From the NCBI GenBank assembly GCA_040285855.1, contig JAUFOQ010000010.1, positions 992,001-1,056,000 of the forward strand: a stretch of DNA of 64,000 nucleotides, given 5' to 3'. Positions within the stretch are counted from its first letter, which is position 1; the number at the start of each line of letters is the position of its first letter. This document shows, piece after piece, positions 11,741-21,858 of this stretch. This stretch comes from Eukaryota sp. GEM-RC1. Taxonomy: Eukaryota. The translations under genes were made by a program, and so were the position numbers. The notes under the pieces are model-generated. The model worked only from the letters and a program-made list of their open reading frames with translations. It had not been told where the DNA came from and ran no database searches.

Positions 11741-12865
11741 GGGTTCTATGAACCGACTAGAATTTCCGGTTTCTATCTACATTACAACTCAACTGGTCCT
11801 GAAGGCGCTATTGCAATTGCTGAAGCTTTGAAGGTGAATTCGTCTGTTTCTACGATTGGTCTAGGTAACAACTCAATTGGTCCTGAAGGCGTTATTGCAA
11901 TTGCTGAAGCTTTGAAGGTGAATTCTTCAGTTTCTACGATTTATCTACATCTACATAGCAACTCAATTGGTCCTGAAGGCGCTATTGCAATTGCTGAAGC
12001 TTTAAAGGTGAATTCTTCAGTTTATCAGATCGATCTACGTAACAACTCAATTGATAATGAAGGCGCTATTGCAATTGCTGAAGCTTTGAAGGTGAATTCT
12101 TCAGTTTCTACGATTTATCTACATATCAACTCAATTGGTAATGAAGGCGCTATTGCAATTGCTGAAGCTTTGAAGGTGAATTCTTCAGTTTCTCAGATCG
12201 ATCTACGTAACAACTCAATTGATAATGAAGGTGCTATTGCAATTGCTGAAGCTTTGAAGGTGAATTCTTCAGTTTCTACGATTTATCTACATATCAACTC
12301 AATTGGTAATGAAGGCGCTATTGCAATTGCTCAAGCTTTGAAGGTGAATTCTTCAGTTTCTACGATTTATCTACATAGCAACTCAATTGGTCCTGAAGGC
12401 GCTATTGCAATTGCTGAAGCTTTAAAGGTGAATTCTTCAGTTTCTCAGATCGATCTACGTAACAACTCAATTGATAATGAAGGCGCTATTGCAATTGCTG
12501 AAGCTTTGAAGGTGAATTCTTCAGTTTCTACGATTTATCTACATATCAACTCAATTGGTAATGAAGGCGCTATTGCAATTGCTGAAGCTTTGAAGGTGAA
12601 TTCTTCAGTTTCTCAGATCGATCTACATAGCAACTCAATTGGTCCTGAAGGTGCTATTGCAATTGCTGAAGCTTTGAAGGTGAATTCTTCAGTTTCTACG
12701 ATCAATTTATATAACAACTCAATTGGTCCTGAAGGCGCTATTGCAATTGCTGAAGCTTTGAAGGTGAATTCTTCAGTTTCTACGATTTATCTATCTAATA
12801 ACTCAATTAACAGTCAAACACAACAATCATTAAAATCACTGCACAAGAATAGAATTCGTTTCTAA
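11741..12865 (+). CDS. LRR cassette 12 (12 modules, one 6-bp in-frame duplication)
   Basis: Leader GTG changed to GGG but the frame stays open; CTACAT duplicated at 11945-11956 (YLHLH). Confidence 0.6.
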   Translation, partial: GFYEPTRISGFYLHYNSTGPEGAIAIAEALKVNSSVSTIGLGNNSIGPEGVIAIAEALKVNSSVSTIYLHLHSNSIGPEGAIAIAEALKVNSSVYQIDLRNNSIDNEGAIAIAEALKVNSSVSTIYLHINSIGNEGAIAIAEALKVNSSVSQIDLRNNSIDNEGAIAIAEALKVNSSVSTIYLHINSIGNEGAIAIAQALKVNSSVSTIYLHSNSIGPEGAIAIAEALKVNSSVSQIDLRNNSIDNEGAIAIAEALKVNSSVSTIYLHINSIGNEGAIAIAEALKVNSSVSQIDLHSNSIGPEGAIAIAEALKVNSSVSTINLYNNSIGPEGAIAIAEALKVNSSVSTIYLSNNSINSQTQQSLKSLHKNRIRF

Positions 12866-13416
12866 AGATATTTTCCTCTGATATAAAGATCACCCCATTA
12901 TAAGTTACACATGAACAAATATCAAAGCAGGTTAGCAGTTGATCTTACACAGATTGATTTTCAGTTTTACCCGGTAATTAAGATTCGTCATATCGAAAAG
13001 TTCATTTGCTATTGTTTTCAACAACACCACGTATTAATTGGTATCTGGAAATGATGTAACATTATACTATACGTTTCGAAATATTTCGAATCACCGACAC
13101 ATTGTCTCGTCATAAACACGGTTGTATTTTTTCTCAAAAAACAGCTTAATTGTCCTTGAGTTGAGTGATGCTTTGATTATTCTCAGTGATTTATAAGATG
13201 TACAGTATCCTTTTGTATCTATTCCATAGATATTTTAGTCATGGTAATTTATTAATTATTGGTCAAAATTAGGTTGTTCGTTAGTTTCTGTTTTAGTGAT
13301 CTGTGATTTAATTGGAAATCTTGTCACACAATTGTCTTAACATACAAAGCAGGTTTTTGTTTATCTTAAATTGAGTTTATTATCTAACATTATCTAAGCT
13401 TCTGTTTACTGGATAT

Positions 13417-14199
13417 GTGTTCTATGAACCGGCTAGAATTTCCGATTTTTATCTACATTACAACTCAATTGGTAAAGAAGGCGCTATTGCAATTGCTGAA
13501 GCTTTGAAGGTGAATTCGTCTGTTTCTACGATTGGTCTAGGTAACAACTCAATTGGTCCTGAAGGCGCTACTGCAATTGCTGAAGCTTTGAAGGTGAATT
13601 CGTTTGTTTCTTCGATTTATCTATATAACAACTCAATTGGTCCTGAAGGCGCTATTGCAATTGCTGAAGCTTTAAAGGTGAATTCTTCAGTTTCTCAGAT
13701 CGATCTACGTAACAACTCAATTGGTCCTGAAGGCGCTATTGCAATTGCTGAAGCTTTAAAGGTGAATTCTTCAGTTTCTCAGACCGATCTACGTAACAAC
13801 TCAATTGGTAATGATGGCGCTATTGCAATTGCTGAAGCTTTGAAGGTGAATTCTTCAGTTTCTACGATTTATCTACATATCAACTCAATTGGTAATGAAG
13901 GCGCTATTGCAATTGCTGAAGCTTTGAAGGTGAATTCTTCAGTTTCTCAGATCGATCTACATAGCAACTCAATTGGTCCTGAAGGTGCTATTGCAATTGC
14001 TGAAGCTTTGAAGGTGAATTCTTCAGTTTCTACGATCAATCTATATTACAACTCAATTGGTCCTGAAGGTGCTATTGCAATTGCTGAAGCTTTAAAGGTG
14101 AATTCTTCAGTTTCTACGATTTATCTATCTAATTACTCAATTAACAGTCAAACACAACAGTCATTAAAATCACTGCATAAGAATAGACTTCGTTTCTAA
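13417..14199 (+). CDS. LRR cassette 13 (8 modules)
   Basis: Translation identical to cassette 9. Confidence 0.6.
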   Translation: MFYEPARISDFYLHYNSIGKEGAIAIAEALKVNSSVSTIGLGNNSIGPEGATAIAEALKVNSFVSSIYLYNNSIGPEGAIAIAEALKVNSSVSQIDLRNNSIGPEGAIAIAEALKVNSSVSQTDLRNNSIGNDGAIAIAEALKVNSSVSTIYLHINSIGNEGAIAIAEALKVNSSVSQIDLHSNSIGPEGAIAIAEALKVNSSVSTINLYYNSIGPEGAIAIAEALKVNSSVSTIYLSNYSINSQTQQSLKSLHKNRLRF

Positions 14200-14751
14200 A
14201 GATATTTTCCTCTGATATAAAGATCACCCCATTATAAGTCACACATGAACAAATATCAAAGCAGGTTAGCAGTTGATCATACACAGATTGATTTTCAGTT
14301 TTACCCGGTAATTAAGATTCGTCATATCGAAAAGTTCATTTGCTATTGTTTTCAACAACACCACGTATTAATTGGTATCTGGGAATGATGTAACATTATT
14401 CTTTTCGTTTTGAAATATTTCGAATCACCGACACAATGTCTCGTTATTAACACGGTTGTTTTTTCTCCTCAAAAAACAGCTTAATTGTCGTTGAGTTGAG
14501 TGATGCTTTGATTATTCTCAGTGATTTATAAGATGTACAGTATCCTTTTGTATGTGTTCCAAAGATATTTTAGTCATGGTAATTTATTAAATATTGGTCA
14601 AAATTAGGTTGTTCGTTAGTTTCTGTTTTAGTGATCTGTGATTTAATTGGAAATCTTGTCACACAATTGTCTTAACATACAAAGTAGGTTTTTGTTTATC
14701 TTAAATTGAGTTTATTATCTAACATTATCTAAGCTTCTGTTTACTGGAGAT

Positions 14752-15870
14752 GTGTTCTATGAACCGGCTAGAATTTCCGATTTCTATCTACATTACAACT
14801 CAATTGGTAAAGAAGGCGCTATTGCAATTGCTGAAGCTTTGAAGGTGAATTCGTCTGTTTCTACGATTGGTCTAGGTAACAACTCAATTGGTCCTGAAGG
14901 CGCTACTGCAATTGCTGAAGCTTTGAAGGTGAATTCTTCAGTTTCTACGATCAATCTACATAGCAACTCAATTGGTCCTGAAGGTGCTATTGCAATTGCT
15001 GAAGCTTTGAAGGTGAATTCTTCAGTTTATCAGATCGATCTACGTAACAACTCAATTGATAATGAAGGCGCTATTGCAATTGCTGAAGCTTTGAAGGTGA
15101 ATTCTTCAGTTTCTACGATTTATCTACATATCAACTCAATTGGTAATGAAGGCGCTATTGCAATTGCTGAAGCTTTGAAGGTGAATTCTTCAGTTTCTCA
15201 GATCGATCTACGTAACAACTCAATTGATAATGAAGGTGCTATTGCAATTGCTGAAGCTTTGAAGGTGAATTCTTCAGTTTCTACGATTTATCTACATATC
15301 AACTCAATTGGTAATGAAGGCGCTATTGCAATTGCTCAAGCTTTGAAGGTGAATTCTTCAGTTTCTACGATTTATCTACATAGCAACTCAATTGGTCCTG
15401 AAGGCGCTATTGCAATTGCTGAAGCTTTAAAGGTGAATTCTTCAGTTTCTCAGATCGATCTACGTAACAACTCAATTGATAATGAAGGCGCTATTGCAAT
15501 TGCTGAAGCTTTGAAGGTGAATTCTTCAGTTTCTACGATTTATCTACATATCAACTCAATTGGTAATGAAGGCGCTATTGCAATTGCTGAAGCTTTGAAG
15601 GTGAATTCTTCAGTTTCTCAGATCGATCTACATAGCAACTCAATTGGTCCTGAAGGTGCTATTGCAATTGCTGAAGCTTTGAAGGTGAATTCTTCAGTTT
15701 CTACGATCAATTTATATAACAACTCAATTGGTCCTGAAGGCGCTATTGCAATTGCTGAAGCTTTGAAGGTGAATTCTTCAGTTTCTACGATTTATCTATC
15801 TAATAACTCAATTAACAGTCAAACACAACAATCATTAAAATCACTGCACAAGAATAGAATTCGTTTCTAA
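14752..15870 (+). CDS. LRR cassette 14 (12 modules; chimera of cassette-10 and cassette-12 types)
   Basis: 5' part matches cassette 10 including the GGAGAT SNP; 3' part matches cassette 12 including VYQ and AQAL variants. Confidence 0.6.
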   Translation: MFYEPARISDFYLHYNSIGKEGAIAIAEALKVNSSVSTIGLGNNSIGPEGATAIAEALKVNSSVSTINLHSNSIGPEGAIAIAEALKVNSSVYQIDLRNNSIDNEGAIAIAEALKVNSSVSTIYLHINSIGNEGAIAIAEALKVNSSVSQIDLRNNSIDNEGAIAIAEALKVNSSVSTIYLHINSIGNEGAIAIAQALKVNSSVSTIYLHSNSIGPEGAIAIAEALKVNSSVSQIDLRNNSIDNEGAIAIAEALKVNSSVSTIYLHINSIGNEGAIAIAEALKVNSSVSQIDLHSNSIGPEGAIAIAEALKVNSSVSTINLYNNSIGPEGAIAIAEALKVNSSVSTIYLSNNSINSQTQQSLKSLHKNRIRF

Positions 15871-16421
15871 AGATATTTTCCTCTGATATAAAGATCACCC
15901 CATTATAAGTTACACATGAACAAATATCAAAGCAGGTTAGCAGTTGATCTTACACAGATTGATTTTCAGTTTTACCCGGTAATTAAGATTCGTCATATCG
16001 AAAAGTTCATTTGCTATTGTTTTCAACAACACCACGTATTAATTGGTATCTGGAAATGATGTAACATTATACTATACGTTTCGAAATATTTCGAATCACC
16101 GACACATTGTCTCGTCATAAACACGGTTGTATTTTTTCTCAAAAAACAGCTTAATTGTCCTTGAGTTGAGTGATGCTTTGATTATTCTCAGTGATTTATA
16201 AGATGTACAGTATCCTTTTGTATCTATTCCATAGATATTTTAGTCATGGTAATTTATTAAATATTGGTCAAAATTAGGTTGTTCGTTAGTTTCTGTTTTA
16301 GTGATCTGTGATTTAATTGGAAATCTTGTCACACAATTGTCTTAACATACAAAGCAGGTTTTTGTTTATCTTAAATTGAGTTTATTATCTAACATTATCT
16401 AAGCTTCTGTTTACTGGATAT

Positions 16422-17120
16422 GTGTTCTATGAACCGGCTAGAATTTCCGATTTCTATCTACATTACAACTCAATTGGTAAAGAAGGCGCTATTGCAATTG
16501 CTGAAGCTTTGAAGGTGAATTCGTCTGTTTCTACGATTGGTCTAGGTAACAACTCAATTGGTCCTGAAGGCGCTACTGCAATTGCTGAAGCTTTGAAGGT
16601 GAATTCGTTTGTTTCTTCGATTTATCTATATAACAACTCAATTGGTCCTGAAGGCGCTATTGCAATTGCTGAAGCTTTAAAGGTGAATTCTTCAGTTTCT
16701 CAGATCGATCTACGTAACAACTCAATTGGTCCTGAAGGCGCTATTGCAATTGCTGAAGCTTTAAAGGTGAATTCTTCAGTTTCTCAGACCGATCTACGTA
16801 ACAACTCAATTGGTAATGATGGCGCTATTGCAATTGCTGAAGCTTTGAAGGTGAATTCTTCAGTTTCTACGATTTATCTACATATCAACTCAATTGGTAA
16901 TGAAGGCGCTATTGCAATTGCTGAAGCTTTGAAGGTGAATTCTTCAGTTTCTCAGATCGATCTACATAGCAACTCAATTGGTCCTGAAGGTGCTATTGCA
17001 ATTGCTGAAGCTTTAAAGGTGAATTCTTCAGTTTCTACGATTTATCTATCTAATTACTCAATTAACAGTCAAACACAACAGTCATTAAAATCACTGCATA
17101 AGAATAGACTTCGTTTCTAA
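16422..17120 (+). CDS. LRR cassette 15 (7 modules)
   Basis: Equals cassette 9/13 minus the INLYYN module. Confidence 0.6.
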   Translation: MFYEPARISDFYLHYNSIGKEGAIAIAEALKVNSSVSTIGLGNNSIGPEGATAIAEALKVNSFVSSIYLYNNSIGPEGAIAIAEALKVNSSVSQIDLRNNSIGPEGAIAIAEALKVNSSVSQTDLRNNSIGNDGAIAIAEALKVNSSVSTIYLHINSIGNEGAIAIAEALKVNSSVSQIDLHSNSIGPEGAIAIAEALKVNSSVSTIYLSNYSINSQTQQSLKSLHKNRLRF

Positions 17121-17671
17121 AGATATTTTCCTCTGATATAAAGATCACCCCATTATAAGTCACACATGAACAAATATCAAAGCAGGTTAGCAGTTGATCA
17201 TACACAGATTGATTTTCAGTTTTACCCGGTAATTAAGATTCGTCATATCGAAAAGTTCATTTGCTATTGTTTTCAACAACACCACGTATTAATTGGTATC
17301 TGGGAATGATGTAACATTATTCTTTTCGTTTTGAAATATTTCGAATCACCGACACAATGTCTCGTTATTAACACGGTTGTTTTTTCTCTCAAAAAACAGC
17401 TTAATTGTCGTTGAGTTGAGTGATGCTTTGATTATTCTCAGTGATTTATAAGATGTACAGTATCCTTTTGTATGTGTTCCAAAGATATTTTAGTCATGGT
17501 AATTTATTAAATATTGGTCAAAATTAGGTTGTTCGTTAGTTTCTGTTTTAGTGATCTGTGATTTAATTGGAAATCTTGTCACACAATTGTCTTAACATAC
17601 AAAGTAGGTTTTTGTTTATCTTAAATTGAGTTTATTATCTAACATTATCTAAGCTTCTTTTTACTGGATAT

Positions 17672-18370
17672 GTGTTCTATGAACCGGCTAGAATTTCCGA
17701 TTTCTATCTACATTACAACTCAAGTGGTCCTGAAGGCGCTACTGCAATTGCTGAAGCTTTGAAGGTGAATTCGTTTGTTTCTACGATTGGTCTAGGTAAC
17801 AACTCAATTGGTCCTGAAGGCGTTATTGCAATTGCTGAAGCTTTGAAGGTGAATTCTTCAGTTTCTACGATTTATCTACATATCAACTCAATTGGTAATG
17901 AAGGCGCTATTGCAATTGCTGAAGCTTTGAAGGTGAATTCTTCAGTTTCTCAGATCGATCTACATAGCAACTCAATTGGTCCTGAAGGTGCTATTGCAAT
18001 TGCTGAAGCTTTGAAGGTGAATTCTTCAGTTTCTACGATTTATCTACATATCAACTCAATTGGTAATGAAGGAGCTATTGCAATTGCTGAAGCTTTGAAG
18101 GTGAATTCTTCAGTTTCTCAGATCGATCTACATAGCAACTCAATTGGTCCTGAAGGTGCTATTGCAATTGCTGAAGCTTTGAAGGTGAATTCTTCAGTTT
18201 CTACGATCAATTTATATAACAACTCAATTGGTCCTGAAGGCGCTATTGCAATTGCTGAAGCTTTGAAGGTGAATTCTTCAGTTTCTACGATTTATCTATC
18301 TAATAACTCAATTAACAGTCAAACACAACAATCATTAAAATCACTGCACAAGAATAGAATTCGTTTCTAA
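17672..18370 (+). CDS. LRR cassette 16 (7 modules)
   Basis: Translation identical to cassette 17. Confidence 0.6.
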   Translation: MFYEPARISDFYLHYNSSGPEGATAIAEALKVNSFVSTIGLGNNSIGPEGVIAIAEALKVNSSVSTIYLHINSIGNEGAIAIAEALKVNSSVSQIDLHSNSIGPEGAIAIAEALKVNSSVSTIYLHINSIGNEGAIAIAEALKVNSSVSQIDLHSNSIGPEGAIAIAEALKVNSSVSTINLYNNSIGPEGAIAIAEALKVNSSVSTIYLSNNSINSQTQQSLKSLHKNRIRF

Positions 18371-18921
18371 AGATATTTTCCTCTGATATAAAGATCACCC
18401 CATTATAAGTTACACATGAACAAATATCAAAGCAGGTTAGCAGTTGATCTTACACAGATTGATTTTCAGTTTTACCCGGTAATTAAGATTCGTCATATCG
18501 AAAAGTTCATTTGCTATTGTTTTCAACAACACCACGTATTAATTGGTATCTGGAAATGATGTAACATTATTCTTTTTGTTTTGAAATATTTCGAATCACC
18601 GACACAATGTGTCGTTATTAACACGGTTGTATTTTTTCTCAAAAAACAGCTTAATTGTCGTTGAGTTGAGTGATGCTTTGATTATTCTCAGTGATTTATA
18701 AGATGTACAGTATCCTTTTGTATGTGTTCCAAAGATATTTTAGTCATGGTAATTTATTAAATATTGGTCAAAATTAGGTTGTTCGTTAGTTTCTGTTTTA
18801 GTGATCTGTGATTTAATTGGAAATCTTGTCACACAATTGTCTTAACATACAAAGTAGGTTTTTGTTTATCTTAAATTGAGTTTATTATCTAACATTATCT
18901 AAGCTTCTTTTTACTGGATAT

Positions 18922-19620
18922 GTGTTCTATGAACCGGCTAGAATTTCCGATTTCTATCTACATTACAACTCAAGTGGTCCTGAAGGCGCTACTGCAATTG
19001 CTGAAGCTTTGAAGGTGAATTCGTTTGTTTCTACGATTGGTCTAGGTAACAACTCAATTGGTCCTGAAGGCGTTATTGCAATTGCTGAAGCTTTGAAGGT
19101 GAATTCTTCAGTTTCTACGATTTATCTACATATCAACTCAATTGGTAATGAAGGCGCTATTGCAATTGCTGAAGCTTTGAAGGTGAATTCTTCAGTTTCT
19201 CAGATCGATCTACATAGCAACTCAATTGGTCCTGAAGGTGCTATTGCAATTGCTGAAGCTTTGAAGGTGAATTCTTCAGTTTCTACGATTTATCTACATA
19301 TCAACTCAATTGGTAATGAAGGAGCTATTGCAATTGCTGAAGCTTTGAAGGTGAATTCTTCAGTTTCTCAGATCGATCTACATAGCAACTCAATTGGTCC
19401 TGAAGGTGCTATTGCAATTGCTGAAGCTTTGAAGGTGAATTCTTCAGTTTCTACGATCAATTTATATAACAACTCAATTGGTCCTGAAGGCGCTATTGCA
19501 ATTGCTGAAGCTTTGAAGGTGAATTCTTCAGTTTCTACGATTTATCTATCTAATAACTCAATTAACAGTCAAACACAACAATCATTAAAATCACTGCACA
19601 AGAATAGAATTCGTTTCTAA
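18922..19620 (+). CDS. LRR cassette 17 (7 modules)
   Basis: Translation identical to cassette 16. Confidence 0.6.
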   Translation: MFYEPARISDFYLHYNSSGPEGATAIAEALKVNSFVSTIGLGNNSIGPEGVIAIAEALKVNSSVSTIYLHINSIGNEGAIAIAEALKVNSSVSQIDLHSNSIGPEGAIAIAEALKVNSSVSTIYLHINSIGNEGAIAIAEALKVNSSVSQIDLHSNSIGPEGAIAIAEALKVNSSVSTINLYNNSIGPEGAIAIAEALKVNSSVSTIYLSNNSINSQTQQSLKSLHKNRIRF

Positions 19621-20299
19621 AGATATTTTCCTCTGATATAAAGATCACCCCATTATAAGTTACACATGAACAAATTTCAAAGCAGGTTAGCAGTTGATCT
19701 TACACAGATTGATTTTCAGTTTTACCCGGTAATTAAGATTCGTCATATCGAAAAGTTCATTTGCTATTGTTTTCAACAACACCACGTATTAATTGGTATC
19801 TGGAAATGATGTAACATTATTCTTTTTGTTTTGAAATATTTCGAATCACCGACACAATGTGTCGTTATTAACACGGTTGTATTTTTTCTCAAAAAACAGC
19901 TTAATTCTCGTTGAGTTGAGTGATGCTTTGATTATTCTCAGTGATTTATAAGATGTACAGTATCCTTTTGTATCTATTCCATAGATATTTTAGTCATGGT
20001 AATTTATTAAATATTGGTCAAAATTAGGTTGTTCGTTAGATTCTGTTTTAGTGATCTGTGATTTAATTGGAAATCTTGTCACACAATTGTCTTAACATAC
20101 AAAGTAGGTTTTTGTTTATCTTAAATTGAGTTTATTATCTAACATTATCTAAGCTTCTCTTTACTGGATATGTGTTCTATGAACCGGCTAGAATTTCCGA
20201 TTTCTATCTACATTACAACTCAATTGGTAATGAAGGCGCTACTGCAATTGCTGAAGCGTTGAAGGTGAATTCGTTTGTTTCTACGATTGGTCTAGGTAA

Positions 20300-20420
20300 T
20301 GTTAGCACAGCAAGTGTTAACACGTGTTCTAGTAGTGAACTGTAGTATTATTTTACTTAGATTATTCTCTCCCCTATAAAGGTACCGTCCTTTTCACTTT
20401 CAGCCTTAAACAAGGCATCA
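20300..20420 (+). repeat. 5' LTR (121 bp)
   Basis: TGTTAGCACAG...AAGGCATCA; identical by eye to 26341-26461; contains CTATAAA. Confidence 0.97.
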
Positions 20421-20463
20421 ATAGCTATTGGCCGTACACTAAGGCCTATCTAACCTAATCTGT

Positions 20464-21765
20464 ATGTCAACCAGACCCCAATCTTCACTTCCAGCATCAC
20501 ACCTTCTTGCTGATCAGGTACGCTTCGTAGCACCGAAGCTGTCCTCCCTCTCCACGAATGCCGTCGCCCGCTTCGTCCAGGAAGTCTCTCACTTCCTCCA
20601 GGCCTCCGAGCCTGACCAATCCCAAAGTATTCCTTTGACAGAACCAACTGTGTTCCCTTCCGTCTCCGCCTCCATCCCTTCAGCCGCTGAACGCTTAGCT
20701 GAAGTCGAACAGATGATCCATGCCGCCTTAAAAGAATCCCACCTTGAAGGTTTTGACCCTGAAACCTTTGCCGCCTACTGGTCCGCCGCCAAGAAAGTCA
20801 CAATCGCCGCCAACGACTCCCCTTCTCCTAAACCCTCTTCAGGAACCTCCATGCCCAGGTTTCTCCAAGATGATGCGGATGCTCTAAGACGCCACTTAAA
20901 GACCTCTAACTTATCTCACTCCTCTTCCTTCCCTCATCAACTTGATGACTGGAATGGCCCTTCGTTCTTCGATGACCCTCCTGTCCCTGAAGGCTTCCAT
21001 CGCTTTATCCTCCCAAACATAATCAGCCTAATTCGTATTATGTGTCCAACCGCTCTTTCTAGCCAGGAAAACCTGTGGACTTACCTCCTATCCACCATAG
21101 CCGCCAAAGACGCCTCAGAAGCCAGAAGATTGCTGAACTCACTCTCAATGAAAACGCCAGGCCGAGAACCACTTACATTCTACATCCTCGACCTCCAGAA
21201 AGCTGCCCAGAGATGCAAGAACTTCCTGAACATCTCCAGGCCGAAACCGCTAATGGAAAGTTTCATCCAAGGCCTCAAGCCCTACGCTTTAAAAAGCAAA
21301 TTGATGGATGAGTTCAAGATGAACATCATCCAGGATATCGATTCACTAATATCCAGAACGATCGCGCTCAACGAAACTATAACTCATGAAGAAACGAACC
21401 CCAGACTCCGTAATGCTCAAAGAAGAAGTGATTTTAACTCTAACTCCATCTTTAGAACCAGAACTCCATATCCAAATTCCAACCTCCGAAACAAAGAACC
21501 AGCCGGCGAAAGAAAAGCTGCTCTTTCTGTAAGAAAGACGGCCACGTTATCGAAGATTGCTTCGATAAGTCGTGTAAAAAGTCGAAACATTATGATCCAT
21601 CAGCTCCACAAACGAAGAAGCCGTACTCAAATCCGAGGCTTCCAAGACCAACATTTGGAAACGCTAAAAGATCAACTAGAAGCTCTAAAAACAATTTTGT
21701 CGCTTCCAGAGAGCAATGCTCTGAAAGTCCTTACTCTACCACTATCTCAGATGACGAACCCATAG
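20464..21765 (+). CDS. gag: Gag-like ORF; the CCHC zinc knuckle lies in the -1 frame from 21519
   Basis: ATG just after the LTR; FIQGLKP motif; TGC TCT TTC TGT AAG AAA GAC GGC CAC GTT ATC GAA GAT TGC = CSFCKKDGHVIEDC at 21519-21560. Confidence 0.8.
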   Translation: MSTRPQSSLPASHLLADQVRFVAPKLSSLSTNAVARFVQEVSHFLQASEPDQSQSIPLTEPTVFPSVSASIPSAAERLAEVEQMIHAALKESHLEGFDPETFAAYWSAAKKVTIAANDSPSPKPSSGTSMPRFLQDDADALRRHLKTSNLSHSSSFPHQLDDWNGPSFFDDPPVPEGFHRFILPNIISLIRIMCPTALSSQENLWTYLLSTIAAKDASEARRLLNSLSMKTPGREPLTFYILDLQKAAQRCKNFLNISRPKPLMESFIQGLKPYALKSKLMDEFKMNIIQDIDSLISRTIALNETITHEETNPRLRNAQRRSDFNSNSIFRTRTPYPNSNLRNKEPAGERKAALSVRKTATLSKIASISRVKSRNIMIHQLHKRRSRTQIRGFQDQHLETLKDQLEALKTILSLPESNALKVLTLPLSQMTNP

Positions 21766-21858
21766 AGTTCGAGCTAGAACTCCCAAAATTTCTATCAAAC
21801 ACCTTCCTTTTGACAAATCCAACAACGTCAACGCCCAAAGCCTCTGCCGAAACAATGG

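Noticed and set aside
1..20299. CRISPR-like repeat/spacer appearance of the 84-bp modules
   Set aside because: The period is exactly 28 codons in an open LRR frame, the variable part is a few codons drawn from a small reused set, and there are no cas genes.
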